DNA from: Bacilli bacterium
GTDB lineage: Bacteria; Bacillota_I; Bacilli_A; RF39; UBA660
NCBI GenBank assembly: GCA_045650425.1
Contig: JAZRRD010000083.1
Coordinates: 1-63,746, forward strand
DNA: 63,746 nucleotides
Reading direction: 5' to 3'
In this document: positions 27,548-36,201 of the stretch, piece after piece
Numbering within the stretch: position 1 is the stretch's first letter
Layout of the letters: every line of letters starts with the position of its first letter
Program-made: the position numbers and the translations under genes
Notes under the pieces: generated by a model
What the model was told of the DNA's origin: nothing
Seen by the model: the letters and a program-made list of their open reading frames with translations, nothing else
Databases searched by the model: none

Positions 27548-28363
27548 TTACTTTTCGTCATAATCTTCCAAAAAATGATACTTTTTATCATCTTTATAAT
27601 AACCAATAATAGTATTTAAATTAACATTTTCGGTACTTTTAAAAATATTTTGATCTATATATTTACTACGTGTTCTCAAATCTTTTATTAAATTTTTAAC
27701 TTCTTGTCTTTTTCCTTCAAAAGCATTTTTTTCAGTAAACTTACAAGCGCAGTTAATAAATTCTAAGTTGTTATAGTTAGCCCAAGCTATAATATCCTTT
27801 TCTTTAATAAGATATAAAGGCCTTATTAGTTCCATTCCTTCAAAGTTATCGCTATGAAGTTTTGGCATCATTGTTTTAAATTCCGCACTATAAAAAATAG
27901 ATAGAAGTGTTGTTTCTATAACATCATCAAAGTGATGCCCCAAAGCAATTTTATTGCAGCCAAGTTCTTTGGCAAAATTATAGAGATAGCCTCTTCTCAT
28001 TCTTGCGCACATGTAACAAGGTTTTTCGTTATTTAAAAAACTAGAAACTTCAAAAATGTCAGTTTTAAATATTTTGATTGGAATGTTTAGTATTTCTGCA
28101 TTATGAATAATATTATTTAAATGTTCTTCCTTGTAACCCGGATTCATTACAATAAATTCTAACTCAAACTTCATTTTACCGTGCCTTAAAATTTCTTGCA
28201 TACATTTTGCTAGTAAAAAAGAATCTTTTCCGCCTGAAATACATACTGCTATTCTATCGTTTTCTGAAATTAATTTATAATCCTTAATTGCTTTAATGAA
28301 AGGACTCCATATTTCTTTTCTATATTTTTTTATTATACTTTTTTCAATATCTTTTAAATTCAT
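27548..28363 (-). CDS. PP-loop ATPase, TtcA-like tRNA thiolation enzyme
   Basis: PP-loop VCISGGKDS. Cysteine motifs CYMCARMRRG and CACKF are consistent with the Fe-S TtcA family. Confidence 0.75.
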   Translation of the reverse strand: MNLKDIEKSIIKKYRKEIWSPFIKAIKDYKLISENDRIAVCISGGKDSFLLAKCMQEILRHGKMKFELEFIVMNPGYKEEHLNNIIHNAEILNIPIKIFKTDIFEVSSFLNNEKPCYMCARMRRGYLYNFAKELGCNKIALGHHFDDVIETTLLSIFYSAEFKTMMPKLHSDNFEGMELIRPLYLIKEKDIIAWANYNNLEFINCACKFTEKNAFEGKRQEVKNLIKDLRTRSKYIDQNIFKSTENVNLNTIIGYYKDDKKYHFLEDYDEK

Positions 28364-28375
28364 GATTTCACCTCA

Positions 28376-28400
28376 TTAAAAAAGCTCTATAAAGAGCTTT
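28376..28400 (-). terminator. Rho-independent terminator after the three-gene envelope operon
   Basis: 7-bp stem AAGCTCT / AGAGCTT with a 4-nt loop. On the minus strand it is followed by T6. Confidence 0.7.
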
Positions 28401-28402
28401 AG

Positions 28403-29410
28403 TTATGGCATAACTATAAAACCACTTACAACCTTACGACCATTTTTAATTGGCTGGCCTGCAACATTTAATGGGTTATTAACAAGTTGATTATTAATAA
28501 CTAATTGTGCAGAACTACCACCATCAAGATTAGCAGCATTGTAAGCGCCATATTTAGCTAATGTTTCTGCTAAGTCAATTAGTTTAGGACCATTAGCATG
28601 AACGCCCTCTGTCACTAAAAATAATACCACACCATCTTTTCTTTGTCCAATAGCAACTCTTGCAGCTCTATTATAACCACCTGCTGCATCTTCAAACTTA
28701 ATTTGTTCTCCATTAACAATTAAGAAAGGACCAAACTCTAAAGCATCCCGCATGCCCATAGCGATTGCTTCTTCGCCAGTAGCAGCAGTAAGTAATAATT
28801 TATTGTCTTTGGTAAACCCAATTAAGTTAGCTTTATCATTATCATCAGACCAGATAATTTCTCCGTCTTTTATTAAATAACCTTGTGGTATGTCACTTCC
28901 CCAACCATCAGGGTCTTTAAATGCACCACCATTTATACAAACTAATCCGCCCAAACGTTTGCATGTATCTTTAACTCTTTCCGCTCCTTTTTTGTTATTG
29001 TTAAATGACGGAGAGGTAGAAAGTCTAACTTTACTTGGATCATATATAGCTACTAAAAAAGCCTTGTATCCACCAACTTCTAGTTCTATTAATTTATAAT
29101 CATCGTTGCCCTCATCTCTTGTAAGTATGATTTCATCATATTCATTATCATATGACTCTTTAGGGCTTGTATCGATAACGATTTTATCTAAATCAACATC
29201 TTCATCAAAAGGAATATACGAATCTTTTTGCAAAACTTTATTTACCATATTTTTGCTATAAAATGTATAAGCAATATACTGATGAGTTTTAGTTACCATC
29301 GCGGTTGAAATAATTGTGTTTTTTATATATTCAACTGGTCCATATACTAAGAAAAAACATATTGCTACTAAAACATCTAAGACTATTATCACTTTAGTTA
29401 ATTTTTTCAT
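28403..29410 (-). CDS. Membrane-anchored phosphodiester glycosidase-family protein (DUF2233/NAGPA-like)
   Basis: N-terminal TM helix. CINGGAF...GWGSD and NLDGGSSAQLV motifs are remembered from this family. Confidence 0.65.
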   Translation of the reverse strand: MKKLTKVIIVLDVLVAICFFLVYGPVEYIKNTIISTAMVTKTHQYIAYTFYSKNMVNKVLQKDSYIPFDEDVDLDKIVIDTSPKESYDNEYDEIILTRDEGNDDYKLIELEVGGYKAFLVAIYDPSKVRLSTSPSFNNNKKGAERVKDTCKRLGGLVCINGGAFKDPDGWGSDIPQGYLIKDGEIIWSDDNDKANLIGFTKDNKLLLTAATGEEAIAMGMRDALEFGPFLIVNGEQIKFEDAAGGYNRAARVAIGQRKDGVVLFLVTEGVHANGPKLIDLAETLAKYGAYNAANLDGGSSAQLVINNQLVNNPLNVAGQPIKNGRKVVSGFIVMP

Positions 29411-29411
29411 A

Positions 29412-30653
29412 TTATTTTTCCTCCATCAAATATGGTGTATTAATGCTACCATTACCGCTTTTTAAAACTTCTTTACTTATTGTAATAACAGGTTTAATAG
29501 ATTTAGCTAAAGTACTTTTACAATTGCTAACTCCATCACTATAAACAAACATATTTGTCTCATCAACATTGTTTATCAAATAATACTGATTTTCGCTTTT
29601 GCCAAACTTTGGATCTTTAAGATTTGGAATGCCAACTTTTCCATTGAAGATATCACCATATTGGTTATCAACAATAATATCTTTATAACTTAAACTATTA
29701 TAATAATCATTATTTAAGTAATAAGCAAGTGAGCCATTTAATGAGGAATCGTACATAGTTGTATTACCAAACGACATTAATTTATCTAGTTCATTATCCA
29801 AGCTTAAAGTAATATTTGTTTCATCACTTTTAATTATTCTCCACATATCATTATCTAATTTAACATAACTACCAATTGCATAATCTTTAGTAGCATCAAT
29901 TCGATAAGGATCATCTTTAGTACCAGTACCTGAAATTAACTCAACATCCATATCTAATGTTATAATCGGTAGAACTCCATAATAATTGTCTACAAAAGAT
30001 GTTGAAATATTATAACCATTGGTATGCCATGCCATTGTATCGTTTCTATCGCTTAACCATATATATTCATTACTATCATTTATATAAGTTTCATCGTTAA
30101 TTGTATTTAAATATGTATTTATATCTAATGTTTTAACATACACATTATCTATATCTGTTTCACATTCTTTTCCATTTATTTCATTAACTACGTCTAAACA
30201 AACACTTGATGTAGTTAATAAATCTTTATTTAAATACTTTATAAATTCTTCATTCAAATATTTATGTAATTCAGATTTATCGTAATCAATTAAGTCATTA
30301 TTCCATGGTAGATAGTTAAGTGGTTCATCTAATATAAGTTCTACTGTAGAACCATAATTTATCTTTAAGATTCTGAAATTTAAGCCAGAAAATGTAATAT
30401 AGTTATTATCAACATTTCCCTTATATATATAACTTCCTCCTATATGGTACAACCCATTTCCTGAAGTAACTATTGCACTACTTTTAGGAATAGAAATTGA
30501 TAAAAGGCCTCCGTTTAGCTCTGTTTTCTTAGGATTAAATATTTTATAATATTTTATTAAACGATATCCATAGAAAGCGCAACATCCTATTATAAATACA
30601 ACACTTATAATGTTAAAAATATTTTCTATTAATCTTTTTTTTCTTCTTGACAT
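29412..30653 (-). CDS. Hypothetical membrane-anchored extracytoplasmic protein (413 aa)
   Basis: N-terminal TM (IISVVFIIGCCAFYGY). N/D/Y-rich ectodomain containing GTGTKDDPYRI and GNGSINTPYLM motifs. Tightly packed between its neighbours. Confidence 0.55.
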   Translation of the reverse strand: MSRRKKRLIENIFNIISVVFIIGCCAFYGYRLIKYYKIFNPKKTELNGGLLSISIPKSSAIVTSGNGLYHIGGSYIYKGNVDNNYITFSGLNFRILKINYGSTVELILDEPLNYLPWNNDLIDYDKSELHKYLNEEFIKYLNKDLLTTSSVCLDVVNEINGKECETDIDNVYVKTLDINTYLNTINDETYINDSNEYIWLSDRNDTMAWHTNGYNISTSFVDNYYGVLPIITLDMDVELISGTGTKDDPYRIDATKDYAIGSYVKLDNDMWRIIKSDETNITLSLDNELDKLMSFGNTTMYDSSLNGSLAYYLNNDYYNSLSYKDIIVDNQYGDIFNGKVGIPNLKDPKFGKSENQYYLINNVDETNMFVYSDGVSNCKSTLAKSIKPVITISKEVLKSGNGSINTPYLMEEK

Positions 30654-30672
30654 AACTCTAACTCCTTAACTC

Positions 30673-31920
30673 TTATTTTAATAATTCTTTAAGCTTATTT
30701 ACTGTAGTTGAACTAAATATTGTTTTTCTTGGTATTTTAAATTTATTTGTTTTTCCCGGTGTAGAAAAACCATTAGTGTTATATTGACCAATGAAAGCCA
30801 TGTTAAATCCAGCTTCTTTTAATAAACCAATTGCTCGATCATTAAAGTCAAAAAATGGATAAGCAAAATATTTACTTCCGCCAACTTTTTCTTGGCTTGT
30901 TTTTAAATCATTTAAAACATATTCTCTATCTTTACAAAGAATACCTCCGCCTTGAAGCCCCATACCTTTACATTCATATTGATTATGCATTAAATCTGTA
31001 TGGCTTTCTAAAGCTAAATACGGAGAATTAAATCTTTCTAAATTCTCAATCCATCCAGTAATAACAAATAATGTAGCATATTGTTCATATTGTTCTAATA
31101 AATCAATTGCTTTGGTATTAAATATTGTTGCATCGTCAATTGTGATTACTAAACTATTATATGGAAGATTAATTTTTTTATCTAAAAACATTTCTAGTTC
31201 TGGTAACTGTAAGGTTAAATAATCGTTTTCTTTAATATATTTTAAGTGACTTTCAAATTGCTCTAAAGATTGGCAAATACTTTGGTTACATTTATCTGTC
31301 TCAGGATCATATAAAAAATGATAAGTTAAAGTGATTATTTTATCTTTTTTCTTTTCGGTTGAATTTATATTTTCTTTTATTTCTAAAACATTTTCTTTAT
31401 CTACATAATAAAGTTTATCATTAAATTCTACACCATATTTATCTTCATCTTTGATTATAATAGGTAAATTATATTCTTCGTTATAGGTTATAAAATTTCC
31501 TTTTTCATCAGTAAAAGTTGTAGGACTCTTTGTTATAATGTTTTCGTTAAATGGGATATACTCCTTATAGCGTTTATTTGTTTTGGTAATCTCTTTTATT
31601 CCTTCAATTGCATCATATGAAATATAATAATCAGTATTTGCAATCTTAAAATATTTAGTATTTAGATCTATATCTTCTTTTGCTAATTCTAGTTCATTAT
31701 TTTTTCCGATAACTCCAACTTCAATATAATCATTATTAACTTGTTTATAAATTTTAGTATCTTTAGTAACTGTAACAAATTTACTAAATTTTTTTGCAAT
31801 TTCTTTAATCTTGTTCTCAGATTGTATAAATTCTTTTTCATTTTTATAATAAAGACATCCTAATCCCAACCCTAAAACGATAAAAAAAATTAAAAATCCC
31901 AGTACAATTTTTCTCATCAC
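30673..31920 (-). CDS. Membrane-anchored polysaccharide deacetylase (NodB/CE4-like C-terminal domain)
   Basis: N-terminal TM. The C-terminal half has LTYHFLYD, VITIDDAT, ATLFVITGW and ESHTDLMH, resembling CE4 motifs. Confidence 0.7.
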   Translation of the reverse strand: MMRKIVLGFLIFFIVLGLGLGCLYYKNEKEFIQSENKIKEIAKKFSKFVTVTKDTKIYKQVNNDYIEVGVIGKNNELELAKEDIDLNTKYFKIANTDYYISYDAIEGIKEITKTNKRYKEYIPFNENIITKSPTTFTDEKGNFITYNEEYNLPIIIKDEDKYGVEFNDKLYYVDKENVLEIKENINSTEKKKDKIITLTYHFLYDPETDKCNQSICQSLEQFESHLKYIKENDYLTLQLPELEMFLDKKINLPYNSLVITIDDATIFNTKAIDLLEQYEQYATLFVITGWIENLERFNSPYLALESHTDLMHNQYECKGMGLQGGGILCKDREYVLNDLKTSQEKVGGSKYFAYPFFDFNDRAIGLLKEAGFNMAFIGQYNTNGFSTPGKTNKFKIPRKTIFSSTTVNKLKELLK

Positions 31921-31972
31921 ACGAACCCTACTTTCTAAAAAATTATATCATGACATCAGGATTGAGTAAATC

Positions 31973-31994
31973 AAAAAAAGCACCTTTAAGTGCT
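31973..31994 (-). terminator. Candidate terminator after gerQ
   Basis: AGCAC / GTGCT stem with a 6-nt loop overlapping the stop codon. T-run on the minus strand. Confidence 0.45.
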
Positions 31995-32343
31995 AAAAAG
32001 TTTTATCGGAATAGGAGTGACTATAATTAATTTTTTCATCAAATTCTACATAATTTAAATAAATCATTCTAATCATATACCACTTACCAGTTTTAGGGTC
32101 GCTAATAATTAGATGATCTCTTCCTGCTTCTTCAACTATTCCATCATAAATTTTATCTTTCCAAGCAATTGAATCTGGATAAGATACATAAGCTTTAATT
32201 TTTTTTCCCTTATTAAGTCTTAAAATATTTTCAATGTAACTTTGCTCCATTGGCATAGTATCCATAAAACTTACATTTCCTGGTGGTGTAATCGGTTCTT
32301 CCTGAGTTGGAAATGTAGGATTTTGGTAAAAACTTCCATTCAT
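31993..32343 (-). CDS. gerQ: Spore coat protein GerQ-family
   Basis: SYIENILRLNKGKKIKAYV...EEAGRDHLIISDPKTGKWYMIRMIYLNYVEFDEKINY matches the remembered GerQ core (YIENILRLNKGK...AGRDH...LDYITFDE). Confidence 0.7.
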   Translation of the reverse strand: MNGSFYQNPTFPTQEEPITPPGNVSFMDTMPMEQSYIENILRLNKGKKIKAYVSYPDSIAWKDKIYDGIVEEAGRDHLIISDPKTGKWYMIRMIYLNYVEFDEKINYSHSYSDKTF

Positions 32344-32383
32344 AATAAATCACCTTTCCATTAAAATATATGCGTAAATAAAT

Positions 32384-32412
32384 TTGATTATTATAAAAAT
32401 TTTAGGTATAAT
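32384..32412 (+). promoter_or_regulatory. Sigma-A promoter for the YitT-family gene
   Basis: TTGATT (32384-32389), 17-nt spacer, TATAAT (32407-32412). Confidence 0.5.
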
Positions 32413-32438
32413 TATAAAAGAATAAAAGGAGTTATAAA

Positions 32439-33299
32439 ATGAGTAATAAAAAAGAAATTTTAAAAGAATGTTCATTTATATTAGGAGTTTTCTTATTAGC
32501 ATTAAATTATAATCTATTTTTCCTTCCTAATAACTTAGTTATCGGAGGAACAACGGGATTATCAATAATTTTTAAAAGTTATGTAAATCCTAAAATGTTT
32601 ATTTATATTACCTCATTTATTTTATTAATTATTAGTTTTATATTTTTAGGAAAAGATGTAACTAAAAACACTATTTTAGGTTCACTTTTGTATCCACTAT
32701 TTGTTAGTTTATCAGAACCATTGGCGTATCTTATCTTACCATCGCTAACATTTGATGAATTTTTAGTAACAGTTATATTAGCCTCATTATTGTATGGCGT
32801 TTCTAACGGAATTATTTTTAGGACAGGATATACTACGGGTGGATTTGATGTTATTGCAAATATAATTACCAAATATTTAAAAATTCCGCAAGGGAAAGCA
32901 TTATTTTATGCAAACTTTATTGTAATAGGAGTCGGAGGATTTACTTTTGGATTTAGTGGGGTCATATATGCTTTAATTGTTCTTTATTTTGGTTCAATGC
33001 TTACCAATAAAATGGTAATTGGTATCTCAGAAAGTAAAATATTCTTTATCTATACAAGAAAGACAGAAGAAGTTAAAGATATGATCATAAAAAAAATGCA
33101 GACGGGTTATACTGTTTTGCCTACAGTAGGAGGATATTCTCATAGTAAAAGTGAAATGGTAATGTGTGTCTTACCAACAAAAGATTATTATTTATTAAAA
33201 GAAGAAGTTTTAAATATTGATCCAAATGCATTTATAGTCGTTAATGATTGCTATGATGTAAATGGTGGTGTAAAAAAAGAAAGCTTAAAATTTTTATAA
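32439..33299 (+). CDS. YitT-family membrane protein (with C-terminal DUF2179-like domain)
   Basis: Five or six TM helices, GGTTGLSII and YTTGGFDVI motifs, then a soluble C-terminal domain ...VVNDCYDVNGG. Confidence 0.8.
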   Translation: MSNKKEILKECSFILGVFLLALNYNLFFLPNNLVIGGTTGLSIIFKSYVNPKMFIYITSFILLIISFIFLGKDVTKNTILGSLLYPLFVSLSEPLAYLILPSLTFDEFLVTVILASLLYGVSNGIIFRTGYTTGGFDVIANIITKYLKIPQGKALFYANFIVIGVGGFTFGFSGVIYALIVLYFGSMLTNKMVIGISESKIFFIYTRKTEEVKDMIIKKMQTGYTVLPTVGGYSHSKSEMVMCVLPTKDYYLLKEEVLNIDPNAFIVVNDCYDVNGGVKKESLKFL

Positions 33300-33332
33300 C
33301 AAAAGAATTTATTAGAATTATGGGTGGTAAAA

Positions 33333-34034
33333 ATGAAATTTATTTCAGTAAAAAATTGTTACAAAGTATATAAAAATGGAGTTACTGCTGTGGCTGATCT
33401 ATCCGTAGAAATTGGTAAAGGTGAATTTGTATTCGTCATCGGTGCAAGTGGTAGTGGGAAATCAACATTTATAAAAATGCTTTATCGTGAAGAAAAACCA
33501 ACAAAAGGCATAGTTTCAGTTGGTGGAGTAAATGTAGCAAAATTACGTAATGGAAAAGTATATAAACTAAGAAGAAAAATAGGAATTGTTTTTCAAGATT
33601 TTAAATTATTGCCAAAATTGACAGTATATGAAAATGTAGCGTTTGCTCTAGAATCTATGGGAATAAAAGAAAGTAATATTAGACCAAAAGTAATTACGGC
33701 TTTAGAGCATGTAGGTCTAAAAGATAAAATACGCTCATTTCCAAATCAACTTTCTGGTGGCGAGCAGCAAAGGGTTTGTATAGCTAGAGCTATAGTTAAC
33801 GAACCTAAATTGCTTATATGTGATGAACCAACAGGGAACTTAGATCCAGAAACATCTAAAGAAATAATGAGAGTTCTTGATGATATTAATAAAGAACTTG
33901 GAACAACTATAATTATGGCTACTCACAGTAAAGAAATTGTAAATCGTATGAAAAAAAGAGTTCTTTTACTTGAACAGGGTGTATTAACTGGAGATTATCA
34001 GAAAGGAAGTTATAAGGCTCATGAAAGCAATTAG
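33333..34034 (+). CDS. ftsE: Cell-division ABC transporter ATP-binding protein FtsE
   Basis: Walker A GASGSGKST, signature LSGGEQQRV, Walker B LLICDEPTGNLD. ATG at 33333 is preferred over the GTG at 33324. Confidence 0.93.
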   Translation: MKFISVKNCYKVYKNGVTAVADLSVEIGKGEFVFVIGASGSGKSTFIKMLYREEKPTKGIVSVGGVNVAKLRNGKVYKLRRKIGIVFQDFKLLPKLTVYENVAFALESMGIKESNIRPKVITALEHVGLKDKIRSFPNQLSGGEQQRVCIARAIVNEPKLLICDEPTGNLDPETSKEIMRVLDDINKELGTTIIMATHSKEIVNRMKKRVLLLEQGVLTGDYQKGSYKAHESN

Positions 34035-34914
34035 AATATTTATAAGAAGTATAAGAGATTCTTTTAAAAGTGTATTTAGAAATTTTAGTTTAAGTGTTGC
34101 TTCTATTGCTTGTACAACAATTACTTTGATATTAGTCGCCGTGGCCTTAATTCTTTCTTACAATGTGAATAAAAATACTGCTAAGTTAGAAGATGAATTA
34201 ACAATAGTTGTATATTTAGAAAGAGCGACTACAAGTGAAAGAGCTTTAGAAATAGAAGAAGAAATAAGTAGTATTCCAAATATAAAAACAGTTTCATACA
34301 AAAGTAAAGAAACTTGGAAATTAGAAATGGAAGAAACTTCAAAAACTTTAGAAACGACATTAAACTATTTAGATGAAAATCCTTTATTAGATTCTTATGT
34401 TGTAACGGTAAACAATGTTACCGAATTAAAAGAAACCAGCGAATTAATAAAAAATATACAAGATGTTAAAACGGCCGAATACGGTGAAGGTATGGCAGAA
34501 AAAGTTATTTCTATCTTTGATATGATTGAAAAAATAACATATGGAATAGTAATTGGACTTGTTTTAGTAACAGCATTTTTAATAAGTAATACTATAAAAT
34601 TAACAATATTTTCCCGAAAAAGTGAAATAGAAATAATGAGATTGGTAGGAACAAGTAATATGGCAATCAAATTACCTTTTCTGTTTGAGGGATTAATAAT
34701 TGGTATAGTTGGTTCAATGATTCCAATAATTTTAAGTATATATGGTTATATAATTTTATTTGAAAAGACAAATGGTTATATATTTTCAGAAATGATAACT
34801 TTAGTAGAGCCATTTAATTTTATTGTTTGGATATCACTGATATTATTAGTAATTGGAGCTTTTGTTGGAATGTTTGCAAGTTTTAGAGCAGTTAGAAAGT
34901 ATTTAAAAATATGA
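34021..34914 (+). CDS. ftsX: Cell-division permease FtsX
   Basis: Four-TM FtsX topology with a large first extracellular loop. Overlaps ftsE by 14 nt. Confidence 0.9.
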   Translation: MKAIRIFIRSIRDSFKSVFRNFSLSVASIACTTITLILVAVALILSYNVNKNTAKLEDELTIVVYLERATTSERALEIEEEISSIPNIKTVSYKSKETWKLEMEETSKTLETTLNYLDENPLLDSYVVTVNNVTELKETSELIKNIQDVKTAEYGEGMAEKVISIFDMIEKITYGIVIGLVLVTAFLISNTIKLTIFSRKSEIEIMRLVGTSNMAIKLPFLFEGLIIGIVGSMIPIILSIYGYIILFEKTNGYIFSEMITLVEPFNFIVWISLILLVIGAFVGMFASFRAVRKYLKI

Positions 34915-36116
34915 TGAAAAAAACATATAAAATATTTTTAATTATTCTATTAATAGTTCCATATTTTCTTGCTCCAATTAATGTTTCAGCTAAAGAAGCA
35001 GAAACACTTAGAGAATTGCGTGAACAATTAAAAAAATTACAAAACGAAAAAGTTAGTACAGATAATTCTAAAAAACAAACACAAGCTCAAATTCAAGCAA
35101 ATAGAAATTCGGTATATAAAGCAAATCAAGAAATAGAACAAGCAGAGATTGATTATAAAGAGGCAGAAGACGAAATAGAAGCTTCGAACAAAGAAATAGC
35201 TGCAACAACTGCTGAAACTGAGGAATTGCTTAAATATACTCAAATTATGCAAGGTAATAGTGCCTATATAGAATATATTTCTGGGGCTAGTAATTTAACA
35301 GAAATGGTAATGAGAATGGCAGCAGTTGAACAAATTGCTGACTATAACCGAGAAAAATTAGAGGAATTAGAATCATTAATTGATTACAATGAACAATTAA
35401 AAATTGATTTAAAACAAAAAGAAAAAGATTTAAAAGTTAAAATTGTTAAATATGAACAAAGTATTGAAACTTTAGGGGTGGATTTAACAAAGTTGACTGA
35501 ATTTGCTGATGATATTAATGATCAAATTAAAAATCAAAAAAATTTAATTCAATCATATGTAGATATGGGTTGTAAAGAGGATCAACTATTATCAGAATGT
35601 GTTGCAATAAGTAACAACTCCGGATGGAAAAAACCTTTAAATAGTGGAATTATTACATCCAATTGGGGATATAGAATTAGTCCAATTAATGGAGTGCGTA
35701 AATTCCACCATGGAGTAGATATTGGCGGTAATGGTGAAGGAACAAATGTTTATGCTGCTGCTAGTGGGACAGTTGCGGCTATTACCAAAAAATCTAGTTG
35801 TGGAGGAAATATAGTTTATATTCATTCTTATGTAAATGGAAAACCTTATACACATTACTATGCGCATCTATTGAGTTATAACGTTAAAGTAGGACAAAAA
35901 GTAACAAATGCTACCGTAATAGGCAAGGTTGGTGGAGGAAGACAAACTAAAGCATGGGATAGATGCTCAACCGGAGCCCATCTTCATTTTGGAATATCAA
36001 ATGGATTTTATTTAGGCGGGGGAGCAGGAAGTTATTATTCTTATAATACTTTTGTAGCTAAAAGTATAAAACCACCAGGAATGCCAAATAAAGGCTCAAG
36101 ATTTTATAATAGATAA
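34911..36116 (+). CDS. Secreted coiled-coil + M23 (LytM) peptidase, PcsB/EnvC-like partner of FtsEX
   Basis: Signal peptide, about 200 aa of coiled coil, then an M23 domain with intact HHGVDIGG (HxxxD) and HLHFGI (HxH). The ATGA overlap with the ftsX stop suggests translational coupling. Confidence 0.85.
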   Translation: MMKKTYKIFLIILLIVPYFLAPINVSAKEAETLRELREQLKKLQNEKVSTDNSKKQTQAQIQANRNSVYKANQEIEQAEIDYKEAEDEIEASNKEIAATTAETEELLKYTQIMQGNSAYIEYISGASNLTEMVMRMAAVEQIADYNREKLEELESLIDYNEQLKIDLKQKEKDLKVKIVKYEQSIETLGVDLTKLTEFADDINDQIKNQKNLIQSYVDMGCKEDQLLSECVAISNNSGWKKPLNSGIITSNWGYRISPINGVRKFHHGVDIGGNGEGTNVYAAASGTVAAITKKSSCGGNIVYIHSYVNGKPYTHYYAHLLSYNVKVGQKVTNATVIGKVGGGRQTKAWDRCSTGAHLHFGISNGFYLGGGAGSYYSYNTFVAKSIKPPGMPNKGSRFYNR

Positions 36117-36141
36117 ACATCTCAAAATTGAGGTGTTTTTT
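36117..36141 (+). terminator. Rho-independent terminator after the M23 peptidase gene
   Basis: ACATCTCA / TGAGGTGT stem (one G-U pair) followed by T6. Confidence 0.6.
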
Positions 36142-36142
36142 A

Positions 36143-36170
36143 TTGATATAGTTTAAAATTTTGGTAAAAT
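36143..36170 (+). promoter_or_regulatory. Sigma-A promoter with extended -10 for the radical-SAM fusion gene
   Basis: TTGATA (36143-36148), 16-nt spacer, TGgTAAAAT (36162-36170). Confidence 0.55.
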
Positions 36171-36201
36171 AAATATCACTTATTGGAAATGAGGTGTATT
36201 T

